From: Verrucomicrobiia bacterium
GTDB lineage: Bacteria > Verrucomicrobiota > Verrucomicrobiia > Limisphaerales > JADJPG01
DNA: 64,000 nt
Direction: 5' to 3'
Assembly (NCBI GenBank): GCA_035577805.1
Contig: DATLUX010000292.1
Coordinates: 502 to 64,501, forward strand
Shown: positions 20,991 to 29,338 of the stretch, piece after piece
How the letters are laid out: each line of letters opens with the position of its first letter
Numbering within the stretch: the stretch's first letter is position 1
Translations under genes and position numbers: made by a program
Notes under the pieces: model-generated
What the model saw: only the letters and a program-made list of their open reading frames with translations
Database searches by the model: none
What the model was told of the DNA's origin: nothing

Positions 20991-21329
20991 ATGATGCAAA
21001 CGTCACAGACTACGCCGAACACGGACCAAACGATCAACCTCAACGGCGAATGGATCGGGCATTATCGCGGGCATTACGACCAGGTTGTGCGGATCACCCA
21101 GCAAGGCGACGAAGTGGTCGCCGTCAAGATCACGGGTGACGAACATGTGCCTGGCGGCGCGGTGACGTTTCGGGCGAACATCAAGACCGGTGTGGGCGAA
21201 GGGCAGGTGGCAGAGAAGGAATTTCGCAACGCTTGTTTTGTGCCGGGCAAACTGGAGGTCGTGAACGCCGAACGGATCGTGTTTGTCTGGGAGAACTGCG
21301 GGAAAGTGGAATTTCGCAAGGACGATTGA
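20991..21329 (+). CDS. Small hypothetical protein (112 aa)
   Basis: The composition is globular (NGEWIGHYRGHYDQVVRITQQGDEVVAVKITGDEHVPGGAVTFRANIKTGVGEGQVAEKEFRNACFVPGKLEVVNAERIVFVWENCGKVEFRKDD). The competing minus ORF 21003..21413 looks like His/Arg-rich antisense noise. A strong stem-loop follows the stop. Confidence 0.5.
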   Translation: MMQTSQTTPNTDQTINLNGEWIGHYRGHYDQVVRITQQGDEVVAVKITGDEHVPGGAVTFRANIKTGVGEGQVAEKEFRNACFVPGKLEVVNAERIVFVWENCGKVEFRKDD

Positions 21330-21331
21330 TG

Positions 21332-21442
21332 GCGGGTTGGCTGGCGGCTGGTGGTGAGTTGTTGAGCGGTGGTGCCTGACTAAGTCGTGCCTGACTTTGG
21401 CATTAGAGTTCAATCACCAGCCGCCGGCCAACCCGCAATCAA
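21332..21442. promoter_or_regulatory. Long imperfect stem-loop (~22-bp arms, ~55-nt loop) with a tandem 10-mer GTGCCTGACT x2 in the loop
   Basis: The arm at about 21335-21358 (ggcgggttggctggcggctggtg) pairs with about 21417-21442 (caccagccgccggccaacccgc), with one mismatch. The loop contains gtgcctgactaagtcgtgcctgact. A TTTTTGGG run follows at 21460. Confidence 0.5.
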
Positions 21443-23101
21443 GTGTTGAGTTTACGCCCATTTTTGGGCTCTCTTTCGGCTTCGCCGATGGCGAAACCGA
21501 ATCCAGAGCTCATCCGAATTGAGAATGTCGACGTCGCCCTTGACGGGCGCCGGGTCTTGGCGGGCATCCAGTGGTCACTCCGGGCGGGGGAACATTGGGC
21601 CATCCTGGGCCGAAACGGGTCCGGCAAGAGCACCTTTTTGAAGCTGGTTCGCGGTGAGTTGTGGCCGGCGCCGGGTTGTCGCGGGCGGCGGCTCTATGCG
21701 TTCAGCGGCCAAGAGCAGACCACCGCGGTGGGGATCAAGGAATTGGTCGCCCTGGTCTCCCCCGAATTGCAGGCCCGCTATCTCCAGCAGGACTGGAAAC
21801 TCACTACCCACCAGGTTATCCGCTCGGGTTTTCATGCGGGCGATTACGTTTATCAACGGCTGAGCGCCGCCCAGGAAGAGGCGGCGCTGGCTGTGATTGA
21901 ACTGGTCGGCATTCAGGATTTGTTATCGCGCGACGTCCAAACGCTGTCGACGGGCGAACTGCGCAAGGTGCTGGTCGCCCGAGCTCTGGTCGGCAAACCG
22001 CGCGTGCTCGTCTGCGACGAAATCTGTGACGGCTTGGACAGGTCGGCGAGGGAGTCCTTGTTGTCAGTGCTGGAACGGCTGGTCCGGCAGGGAACACAAT
22101 TACTCTACACCACTCACCGTGAGGAAGAGTTGTTGTCCGGACTAACCCATCGGCTGGCGCTGGAGCAGGGGCGGATCGTTTTCTCCGAGGCGATTCCTCA
22201 CGAGCAAATCGCGCAACGACCCGCTTCGCGATTGCCGGCGCTGGAGCCCTCAGCGCCAACCCAGCGGCGGGCCGCGACGCATTCGGTTCCAAGAATCTCG
22301 AACGCGGTCGGACGCAGCAACGGCATGGTCACGGCCCCCACCCGTTTTCCGGTCTCGCTCCGTCTCGGACTTAACCCAGCCAGGCTACGGATCGATATTC
22401 GGGCGGCCACCGTTTATCACGATCAACGGCCTGCGTTGCGCGACGTCACCCTGCAGATTCATGAAGGCGAACATTGGGCGGTGGTGGGACCGAACGGATC
22501 GGGCAAGACGACCTTGCTGAAGCTCATCGTTGGAGATCTTCATCCCAGCCTGGGCGGGCAGGTGCGCCGCTTCGAACTCGCCTCGGGCCACACCATCTGG
22601 GATGTGAAACGACGGATTGGCTGGGTCTCCCCGGAGCTGCAGTCTCTTTATCGGGAGCCCTTGACGGCCGCCCAGGTGATCGGGTCAGGATTTTTTTCCA
22701 GCGTCGGGTTGCGGCAAAAGCTGAGCCTGACCCAGCGCCGGCGCGTGGCGGAGATCGTGGATGGCCTCGGCCTTCAGGACCTGGCCGACCAGAACGCGCT
22801 CAGCCTGTCCTATGGCGAGTTCCGAAAGATCTTGATCGCGCGCGCGTTGGTGCATCGCCCGGAACTGTTGATTTGCGACGAACCCTTCGACGGCTTGGAC
22901 ACCGCCTCGCGCGCCGCGATTGGACGCACGCTCCTGCAGGTGGCGGCTCAGGGGACGGGCTTGGTCGTGGTCACGCATCATCCGGCCGATCTCCCGTCCT
23001 GCACGACTCACCTGGCCGCACTGGATTCCGGCCGGGTGATATTTCAGGGACCGGTCGCTCAATACCCTGCGCTGAATCAGCCGGCGGATTTACGCCGATG
23101 A
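21443..23101 (+). CDS. Tandem-duplicated ABC-type ATPase (two nucleotide-binding domains, no TMD), ModF-like
   Basis: The first domain has GRNGSGKSTFLKL (Walker A), LSTGELRKVLVARAL (signature) and VLVCDE (Walker B). The second domain has GPNGSGKTTLLKL, LSYGEFRKILIARAL and LLICDE. A fused two-NBD architecture like this matches ModF-type proteins. Confidence 0.8.
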   Translation: MLSLRPFLGSLSASPMAKPNPELIRIENVDVALDGRRVLAGIQWSLRAGEHWAILGRNGSGKSTFLKLVRGELWPAPGCRGRRLYAFSGQEQTTAVGIKELVALVSPELQARYLQQDWKLTTHQVIRSGFHAGDYVYQRLSAAQEEAALAVIELVGIQDLLSRDVQTLSTGELRKVLVARALVGKPRVLVCDEICDGLDRSARESLLSVLERLVRQGTQLLYTTHREEELLSGLTHRLALEQGRIVFSEAIPHEQIAQRPASRLPALEPSAPTQRRAATHSVPRISNAVGRSNGMVTAPTRFPVSLRLGLNPARLRIDIRAATVYHDQRPALRDVTLQIHEGEHWAVVGPNGSGKTTLLKLIVGDLHPSLGGQVRRFELASGHTIWDVKRRIGWVSPELQSLYREPLTAAQVIGSGFFSSVGLRQKLSLTQRRRVAEIVDGLGLQDLADQNALSLSYGEFRKILIARALVHRPELLICDEPFDGLDTASRAAIGRTLLQVAAQGTGLVVVTHHPADLPSCTTHLAALDSGRVIFQGPVAQYPALNQPADLRR

Positions 23102-23110
23102 AGTGAGGGC

Positions 23111-23156
23111 CCGCAGATGGGTGCAGATGCGGGAGGGCCCGCAGATGGACGCAGAT
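23111..23156. repeat. Imperfect repeats of GGGCCCGCAGATGG / GCAGATG (x4) in a convergent intergenic region
   Basis: The sequence reads cgcagatgggtgcagatgcgggagggcccgcagatggacgcagat between the ModF-like stop and the MBL-hydrolase stop. Confidence 0.6.
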
Positions 23157-23207
23157 AAAAGGCAGCTTTACTCCGCCACCATCGAAACCCCGCTCCTGGC
23201 TGCCTCG

Positions 23208-24158
23208 TTAGAAGAATCGATCCTGGAACAAACGCGGTTCGGGAGACGGCCCTACCGGCCACGGGGCGGCGAAAGCCTCCTTGAGCCGAGCGGGCAGGGC
23301 CCCCAGCTCGCGATTAGGGTCGTCGGGTGAGGCTGGTTGCGGCGGGGCGGTGGGCGCGGATGGCGGTTGGCCCCCTTCCAAGGCGAGGGTCGGGCAGGGA
23401 GTATCGGGTGAAGCGGCCTCGATCCGCACATGCTGGGCGCCGGCCCGGGTGAGCACCGTGCTCACGGCAGCATGGGCGAGTTCAGGGCGATTGCAATCGC
23501 TGCTGAGATGGCCAAGGTACAAGTGCCGCAGCTCGGCGGAAACGATCTGTCCGGCGAGTTGGGCGGCGGCTTCGTTGGAGAGGTGGCCGTGCCGGCTAAG
23601 AATGCGCTGTTTGGTGCTCCAGGGCCGCCGCAGATCGTCTTGCAACAGTTTCACATCGTGATTGGCCTCCAGGACGAGGGCGTGCGCGGGCCGAACCCGT
23701 TCGATGACCAGGCGGGGGGCATGCCCCAGATCCGTCAGAAACCCGATGTTTCCGGAGGGTGTGCGGAGAAGGAACCCGACCGGGTCATAGGCATCGTGCG
23801 GGATGGTGAAGGTTTCGATCAGGACATCGCCGATGTCAAAAGTGCCGCCGGTGCTGAAGATGCGGAAATCCAGGGGCTGCCCGAATTGCAGTTGGATGGC
23901 TTGTTTGGTGAGGCGATTGCAGTAGATGGGGATGCGCAGTTTGCTGGCGAGCACGCCCAGACCCTGAATGTGATCGGTGTGCTCATGTGTAACCAGAATT
24001 CCACTTAAGTTTTCCGGAGTTCGTCCGATTCCCAGCAAGCGGTGTCGGATCTGGCGCGCGCTCAATCCCGCGTCGATCAACAGTCGCGCGTCCTCGGTTT
24101 CCAGGTAAGCGCAGTTGCCGCTGGATCCGCTGGCGAGAATCGTGAACCGGGCAGGCAC
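23208..24158 (-). CDS. MBL-fold metallo-hydrolase
   Basis: HEHTDH is the HxHxDH metallo-beta-lactamase motif. The N-terminal fold is YycJ-like, and the C-terminal tail is Pro/Ala-rich. Confidence 0.85.
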   Translation of the reverse strand: MPARFTILASGSSGNCAYLETEDARLLIDAGLSARQIRHRLLGIGRTPENLSGILVTHEHTDHIQGLGVLASKLRIPIYCNRLTKQAIQLQFGQPLDFRIFSTGGTFDIGDVLIETFTIPHDAYDPVGFLLRTPSGNIGFLTDLGHAPRLVIERVRPAHALVLEANHDVKLLQDDLRRPWSTKQRILSRHGHLSNEAAAQLAGQIVSAELRHLYLGHLSSDCNRPELAHAAVSTVLTRAGAQHVRIEAASPDTPCPTLALEGGQPPSAPTAPPQPASPDDPNRELGALPARLKEAFAAPWPVGPSPEPRLFQDRFF

Positions 24159-24465
24159 CTGGCGACGTTAGGAAGAGCGACACGAATGGGCAATCCGAAT
24201 CGTACAAAAACCCCACGATCCGCTCAGTGCATGAACGACGGGAAGAAAGGAATCGCGGCGACATCGGCCAGGGCTCCCGGGCGCCGGTCGATCAGTGAGC
24301 CGCCGTTTTCGCGGGCGACGCGGCCATTCGCCCGGAGCCCGCTGAAGAAAAGTCGGAAAAGTCGGGACATTGACAATGAAATTCTAAGCGCGACCGCCCG
24401 GGAAAAAGCACGTCCCGTTCCCATTTGCCCTTGTCTTCTCAGTTTTCCCCGCATTTAATCCGCAC

Positions 24466-25968
24466 GTGGCACAAGGCCTCTATTTATCGCAGAAGATGTC
24501 GTTGCAGCAGGTGCTGGCACCCCAGCTCCAGCAGTCGCTGGCCCTGTTGCAGGCCCCCACCCTCGAACTCAAAGCCCTCGTCGAACAGGAACTCCAGCAA
24601 AACCCGCTCCTTGAAGAGGTCCAGGCCGAAGACCAGGAGCAAGTCGAAAAGCCCGAACGCGAAGGCGATACCGCCCTCATCAGCCAGGCCGACCCCGCGG
24701 AACCCCCCGCCGATGTCAACTTTGACCCCGCCACCGAAAAGGCTAATAGCGAGCCCGTCGACGATTTTCAGGCCGAGTTCGAACGGTTGACCCAGTTGGA
24801 CCAGGAATGGCGCGATCACTTCGCCGAAACCAGCATCCCCATGCGCACCTCCCCCGAGGAGGAGGAACGGCGCCAGTTCATGTTCGATTCCCTGGCTTCA
24901 GGCACTTCGCTCCAGGAACATCTCCTTGAACAAGTGCGCCTTTCGGAGGTCACCGATGACCAACGGCCGGTCGCCGAGATGATCATCGGCAACATCGATG
25001 ATTATGGCTACCTCAAGGCGACCATCGAGGAAATGGCCTTGGGCACCGGTCTGCCCACCGAACTCATCCTGGGCGTGCTCAACGTCATTCAGACCTTCCA
25101 CCCCGCCGGCGTCGGTGCACGCGACCTGCGCGAATGCCTCCTCCTTCAGCTCGAACGACAAAACAAACAGCACACCAGCGAATACCGCATCGTCCACGAC
25201 TTCATGGAAGCCCTCGGCAAACGGCGCATCCCTGAGATCGCCCGCGGCTTGGGCCAGGACGTTGTCGATGTCCAGAAAGCCATCCAACGCATCGGCTTGC
25301 TGGAACCTCGCCCCGGACGCGCCTTCCTCCCCGATAACGATCAATACGTTCTGCCGGAAGTGTTCGTGATCAAGTCGGGCGAAGATTTCGTCGTCTCCAC
25401 CAATAATGAGCAGATCCCGCATCTGCGCATCAGCAACACCTACAAGGATCTGATGGCGCAGGCGGATTCTTCCTCCGAAGTTCGCGAATATATCCGCGAA
25501 AAGATCCGCGCCGGGAAATTCCTCATCAAAAGCCTCCACCAACGCCAACAAACCATCCGCAACATCGCCACTGAGATCGTCAATCGGCAACGCGAATTCA
25601 TGCAGAAAGGCGTCGCGTACCTCAAGCCCTTGACCATGGTCCAGGTCGCCGAAGTCGTCGGGGTCCACGAAACCACCGTCAGCCGCGCTGTTTCCGGCAA
25701 ATACATGCAGACCCCGCAGGGCATCTTCGAGATGAAGTATTTCTTCACCTCCGGGATCCAGACGGCCACCGGCGAAGGCATGTCCAATACCAGCGTCAAG
25801 GACATGATCGCCGATATCTTCAAAGCCGAAGACCCGGGCAAACCGCTCTCCGACCAGGAAGTCGTCCTCATGCTCTCCGAACGCGGCATCGTCATCGCCC
25901 GCCGCACCGTGGCCAAGTACCGGTCCGAATTGAATATCCTGCCTTCCAACCTGCGCAAGGTGTATTGA
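24466..25968 (+). CDS. rpoN: RNA polymerase sigma-54 factor
   Basis: The N-terminus MAQGLYLSQKMSLQQVLAPQLQQSLALLQ aligns with RpoN region I. There is an HTH at QVAEVVGVHETTVSRAV, and ARRTVAKYR is the RpoN box. Confidence 0.92.
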   Translation: MAQGLYLSQKMSLQQVLAPQLQQSLALLQAPTLELKALVEQELQQNPLLEEVQAEDQEQVEKPEREGDTALISQADPAEPPADVNFDPATEKANSEPVDDFQAEFERLTQLDQEWRDHFAETSIPMRTSPEEEERRQFMFDSLASGTSLQEHLLEQVRLSEVTDDQRPVAEMIIGNIDDYGYLKATIEEMALGTGLPTELILGVLNVIQTFHPAGVGARDLRECLLLQLERQNKQHTSEYRIVHDFMEALGKRRIPEIARGLGQDVVDVQKAIQRIGLLEPRPGRAFLPDNDQYVLPEVFVIKSGEDFVVSTNNEQIPHLRISNTYKDLMAQADSSSEVREYIREKIRAGKFLIKSLHQRQQTIRNIATEIVNRQREFMQKGVAYLKPLTMVQVAEVVGVHETTVSRAVSGKYMQTPQGIFEMKYFFTSGIQTATGEGMSNTSVKDMIADIFKAEDPGKPLSDQEVVLMLSERGIVIARRTVAKYRSELNILPSNLRKVY

Positions 25969-25974
25969 GCGGTT

Positions 25975-26310
25975 CAGGGTTACCGGTTCACGGTTCACGG
26001 TTCACGGTTCACGGTTCACGGTTCACGGCTTGAGGTTCAGCGAAGCCTGCGCAGCGGTGGAAGGTCCAAATGACTGAATCCCTTGAAGCAGGAAGATTGT
26101 GAGGAACCCTGAACCCTGAACCCTGAACCCTGAACCCTGAACCCTGAACCCTGAACCCTGAACCCTGAACCCTGAACCGTTGAACCCTGAACCCTGAACC
26201 CTGAACCCTGAACCCTGAACCGTTGAACCGTGAACCGTGAACCGTGAACCGTGAACCGTGAACCGTGAACCGTGAACCGTGAACCGTGAACCGTGAACCG
26301 TGAACCCACT
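25975..26310. repeat. Composite heptanucleotide microsatellite: (GGTTCAC)~7, then (GAACCCT)~15 and (GAACCGT)~12. The first block is the inverse complement of the last.
   Basis: This was read directly. The block at 25983-26035 (ggttcacggttcacgg...) is the reverse complement of the block at 26222-26305 (gtgaaccgtgaaccg...), so a long hairpin is possible. Track ORFs 26009..26326(-) and 26037..26381(-) are artefacts of this repeat (GSRFTVH repeats). Confidence 0.9.
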
Positions 26311-26311
26311 T

Positions 26312-26327
26312 TGTGAAATGTTTCACA
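26312..26327. promoter_or_regulatory. Candidate CRP/FNR-family binding site, TGTGA-N6-TCACA
   Basis: TGTGAAATGTTTCACA is a perfect match to the CRP consensus half-sites. It lies about 47 nt upstream of the ATG of the cupredoxin/oxidase cluster and directly abuts the CGTGAAC repeat array. Each repeat unit carries a GTGAA half-site-like core. Confidence 0.4.
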
Positions 26328-26373
26328 AATCCCTTGCAGGCCCGTAAAGTCGAGTGCTAGCCTGCCTCTGCTC

Positions 26374-27108
26374 TTGTTCATGAACTATCCGATTGCATCT
26401 ATGAAAATGTCGCTTCCCTGTTTGTCCCTGTCCCTGGCGTTCCTGGCCGGTTCAGTACCCGGGTTGTTGGCGGGTGAAATCACCGGCAAGGTAGTCCTGA
26501 AAGGCACCCCTAAGCCGGAGATCAAGATTGATCTGGTCCCGATGTGCGGTGCGGCGAACCCCAATAAGGATAATGTGACCACGCGCCATTACGTGGTCGG
26601 GCCCGGCGGCGGGTTGGCTAATGTGTTTGTTTATTTGAAAGACGCCAAGGCGGCTCCGGCCAAGGGACCGACTCCGGTGTTGGATCAGGTGGGTTGTATG
26701 TATGAGCCGTACGTGTTTGGGCTGGTGGTGAATCAGCCCTTCAAAATTCACAACTCAGATGCCCTCCTGCACAACGTGCATGCCACTCCGAAATTGAACA
26801 AGGAATTCAACTTCGGCCAGCCGCTCAAAGGCCAGGAGAACGAAAAAAGCTTTGATCAGGCGGAAGTAATGGTGCGCGTGAAATGCGACGTGCATCCGTG
26901 GATGTTGGCCTACATCGGGGTATGCGATCATCCCTACTTTGCCGTGACGGACAAAGACGGGAACTACAAGATTTCGGACGTGCCGGATGGCAAGTACACG
27001 ATCGTTGCTTATCATGTGAAGACCCACGGCGCGACCAACCCCGGCCTGAGCAACCCCATCGAGGTCAAGGGAACAGCCAAAGCGGATTTCACCATCGAAA
27101 TTCCGTGA
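26374..27108 (+). CDS. Secreted cupredoxin-like (amicyanin-type ligand pattern) blue-copper protein. It is a probable electron donor to the downstream aa3 oxidase.
   Basis: There is a signal peptide. LHNVHA resembles the amicyanin PHNVHF first-His region. KCDVHPWM is Cys-x2-His-x2-Met, the same spacing as amicyanin CTPHPFM. A C-terminal DGNYKISDVPDGKYTIVAY beta-sandwich motif is also present. Confidence 0.55.
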   Translation: MFMNYPIASMKMSLPCLSLSLAFLAGSVPGLLAGEITGKVVLKGTPKPEIKIDLVPMCGAANPNKDNVTTRHYVVGPGGGLANVFVYLKDAKAAPAKGPTPVLDQVGCMYEPYVFGLVVNQPFKIHNSDALLHNVHATPKLNKEFNFGQPLKGQENEKSFDQAEVMVRVKCDVHPWMLAYIGVCDHPYFAVTDKDGNYKISDVPDGKYTIVAYHVKTHGATNPGLSNPIEVKGTAKADFTIEIP

Positions 27109-27163
27109 ACCGCGCCCCAGCCGACGTCGGGAGGCCTGTGTTGCCCTCAGGGCGAAAAGCGGA

Positions 27164-28276
27164 GTGCCAGAAGCGTTTCTCGTGAAACGTTGCGCTCACC
27201 ATCGCTGGCTGCATCGGTTCGCTTTACTGACGGCGTTGGTCACCTTTTGCCTGATCTGGGTAGGCGGCTTGGTGACGAGCCACGGGGTCGGCATGGCCGT
27301 GCCGGATTGGCCGACGACCTATGGGTATAACATGTTCTTCTTTCCGGTCTCACAATGGCTGGGAGGGATCTTTTACGAACACACCCATCGGCTGGTGGCT
27401 TCCGGCGTGGGCTTCCTCACGATCATCCTGGCGATCTGGACTTGGGCGCAGGAAGAACGGCGCTGGCTACGGAACCTGGGCTGGATCGCGCTGGGCGCAG
27501 TCGTCTTGCAAGGCGTGTTGGGAGGACTGCGGGTCACGCAGATGAAGGATGAGATTGGGATCTTTCACGCCGCGCTGGCGCAGCTTTTCTTCGTGCTGAC
27601 AGGGGCGATCGCCTTGTTCACTTCGCCGTGGTGGCAACGCGGCAGCCCCGGAAAGATGACTATTTACGCAGGTGGCCGCTTCCGATATCTATTCGCGGCG
27701 GTGACCGGCCTAATCTTCGTGCAACTCGTCCTCGGCGCGTCCATGCGTCATCAGCATGCGGGCCTGGCCATCCCGGATTTTCCGCTGGCTTATGGGAAGG
27801 TCTGGCCGTCGGCGGATGAAGCTTCGGTGGAACGCTACAACCGGGACCGGCGCGAAGTAACGGCGTTGAACCCGATCACCGCGGGACAAATTCATTTGCA
27901 GATGACTCATCGTTTGGCGGCGGTCGCGATTCTGGCGGCAGTGGCGTGGGCAGCCGGGCGAACGCGCCAACGACTGGGTTGGGGCTCTCCCTTGGCGCGC
28001 CTGGCGGCGGTGTGGCTGGGGCTAATCGTCGTGCAAGGTGCACTGGGCGCTTTCACCATCTGGACCAACAAAGCCGCGGATATCGCGACAGCTCACGTGG
28101 CGGTGGGGGCATTAAGTTTGATGACGGGCTCGCTGCTCGTTTTGATGGCGGCTCGCCTCGAGCTCGGGGCAAGTGAGTGTGCCGGCAGCGCCACGCCGGC
28201 CGCGGCCGCAGCTGGCGAGTTGGCCGCGAGCGCCCGCGTCACGCCATCCGGCTCGGAACTCCCTGCTGGCCGATGA
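27164..28276 (+). CDS. ctaA: Heme A synthase (COX15/CtaA)
   Basis: It has 8 predicted TM segments with conserved His pairs (EHTHR, MTHRLAAV, ATAHVAVG) typical of CtaA. Its stop overlaps the ctaB start as ATGA. Confidence 0.85.
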   Translation: MPEAFLVKRCAHHRWLHRFALLTALVTFCLIWVGGLVTSHGVGMAVPDWPTTYGYNMFFFPVSQWLGGIFYEHTHRLVASGVGFLTIILAIWTWAQEERRWLRNLGWIALGAVVLQGVLGGLRVTQMKDEIGIFHAALAQLFFVLTGAIALFTSPWWQRGSPGKMTIYAGGRFRYLFAAVTGLIFVQLVLGASMRHQHAGLAIPDFPLAYGKVWPSADEASVERYNRDRREVTALNPITAGQIHLQMTHRLAAVAILAAVAWAAGRTRQRLGWGSPLARLAAVWLGLIVVQGALGAFTIWTNKAADIATAHVAVGALSLMTGSLLVLMAARLELGASECAGSATPAAAAAGELAASARVTPSGSELPAGR

Positions 28277-29187
28277 AAGCCACTGCTTCTCTGAGTCCCT
28301 CAAAATCGTCGACGGCCCCGGCGGAGAAGGCGCTGTTGCAGGTCTTGGGTGAACTCGTCAAAGCCAGGCTGACGTTCCTGGTGCTGCTCACCACGGCGGT
28401 CGGCTTTTATTTGGGCTGGCGTGGCACGCTGGATGGGTGGTTGCTGGCGCACACGCTGCTGGGCACGGCGCTGGTGGCATGCGGGGCGGCCGCGCTTAAT
28501 CAATTGAGCGAACGCGAACATGATGCGCGAATGCGGCGCACGGCGGATCGGCCGCTGCCTTCAGGCCGGCTGCAACCCGAGACGGTGCTCATCCTGGGCG
28601 GGGCGAGTTCCGTGGTGGGTTTGATTTACCTGGCGTTGGCGGTGAACGCGTTGACCAGCCTGCTGGGCGCCGTGACGTTGGGCAGCTATCTGTTTGTCTA
28701 CACGCCACTCAAGCGCGTGACTTGGCTGAACACGGCGGTCGGAGCGGTGCCTGGCGCCTTGCCGCCGCTGATGGGCTGGACGGCTGCTCGGGGCCAATTG
28801 AGCGGGGAAGGCTGGGCGTTGTTCGGCATCCTCTTTTTCTGGCAGATCCCGCACTTTTTGGCGATCGCCTGGTTATACCGGGAAGAATATGAGAAGGCCG
28901 GCTTCGTGATGTTGCCATCGGTGGATCGGGGCGGAGTACGGACGGGCCGCCAAGCCGTGAGTCATACGATGGGGCTGTTGATCGTGAGCTTGACGCCTTT
29001 TTTGTTGCACCTGACGGGCGTGGTTTACGTCTGCGGGGCGTTGTTGTTGGGCGCGATATTTCTGGTGTGCGCCGCGCAGTTCTCTCGGCAACTCACCGCG
29101 GGTCGCGCGCGCCAGTTATTTTTTGCTTCGATCCTGTATCTGCCATTGTTATTGGGGTTAATGGTACTGGATAAACTTAAGTATTAA
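28273..29187 (+). CDS. ctaB: Protoheme IX farnesyltransferase (heme O synthase)
   Basis: I placed the start at MKATASL (ATGA overlap with ctaA). The track ORF starts at 28177, inside ctaA. The UbiA-family motifs are present: ALNQLSEREHDARMRRTADRPLPSG and YREEYEKAGF. Confidence 0.85.
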   Translation: MKATASLSPSKSSTAPAEKALLQVLGELVKARLTFLVLLTTAVGFYLGWRGTLDGWLLAHTLLGTALVACGAAALNQLSEREHDARMRRTADRPLPSGRLQPETVLILGGASSVVGLIYLALAVNALTSLLGAVTLGSYLFVYTPLKRVTWLNTAVGAVPGALPPLMGWTAARGQLSGEGWALFGILFFWQIPHFLAIAWLYREEYEKAGFVMLPSVDRGGVRTGRQAVSHTMGLLIVSLTPFLLHLTGVVYVCGALLLGAIFLVCAAQFSRQLTAGRARQLFFASILYLPLLLGLMVLDKLKY

Positions 29188-29338
29188 CGCGCCGAAATTG
29201 ATGAGCGCGGCCGGATTCTGCCGTTGACACCCGGAATTCACGGCAGCTAGCTTTCGAGCTTGATCTGAGTTTTGTGAGCCTGGCCGGGCGGGGACGTCCC
29301 GGAGCGACACTTTTTAGAGCAACCTACGCTAGAAATTA

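Noticed and set aside
24898-25998. 366-aa minus-strand ORF
   Set aside because: It is antisense to rpoN, which has the RpoN box and HTH.
26009-26381. Two minus-strand ORFs encoding GSRFTVH/GSGFRVQ repeats
   Set aside because: They are produced entirely by translating the heptanucleotide microsatellite. There is no start context and no non-repeat sequence.
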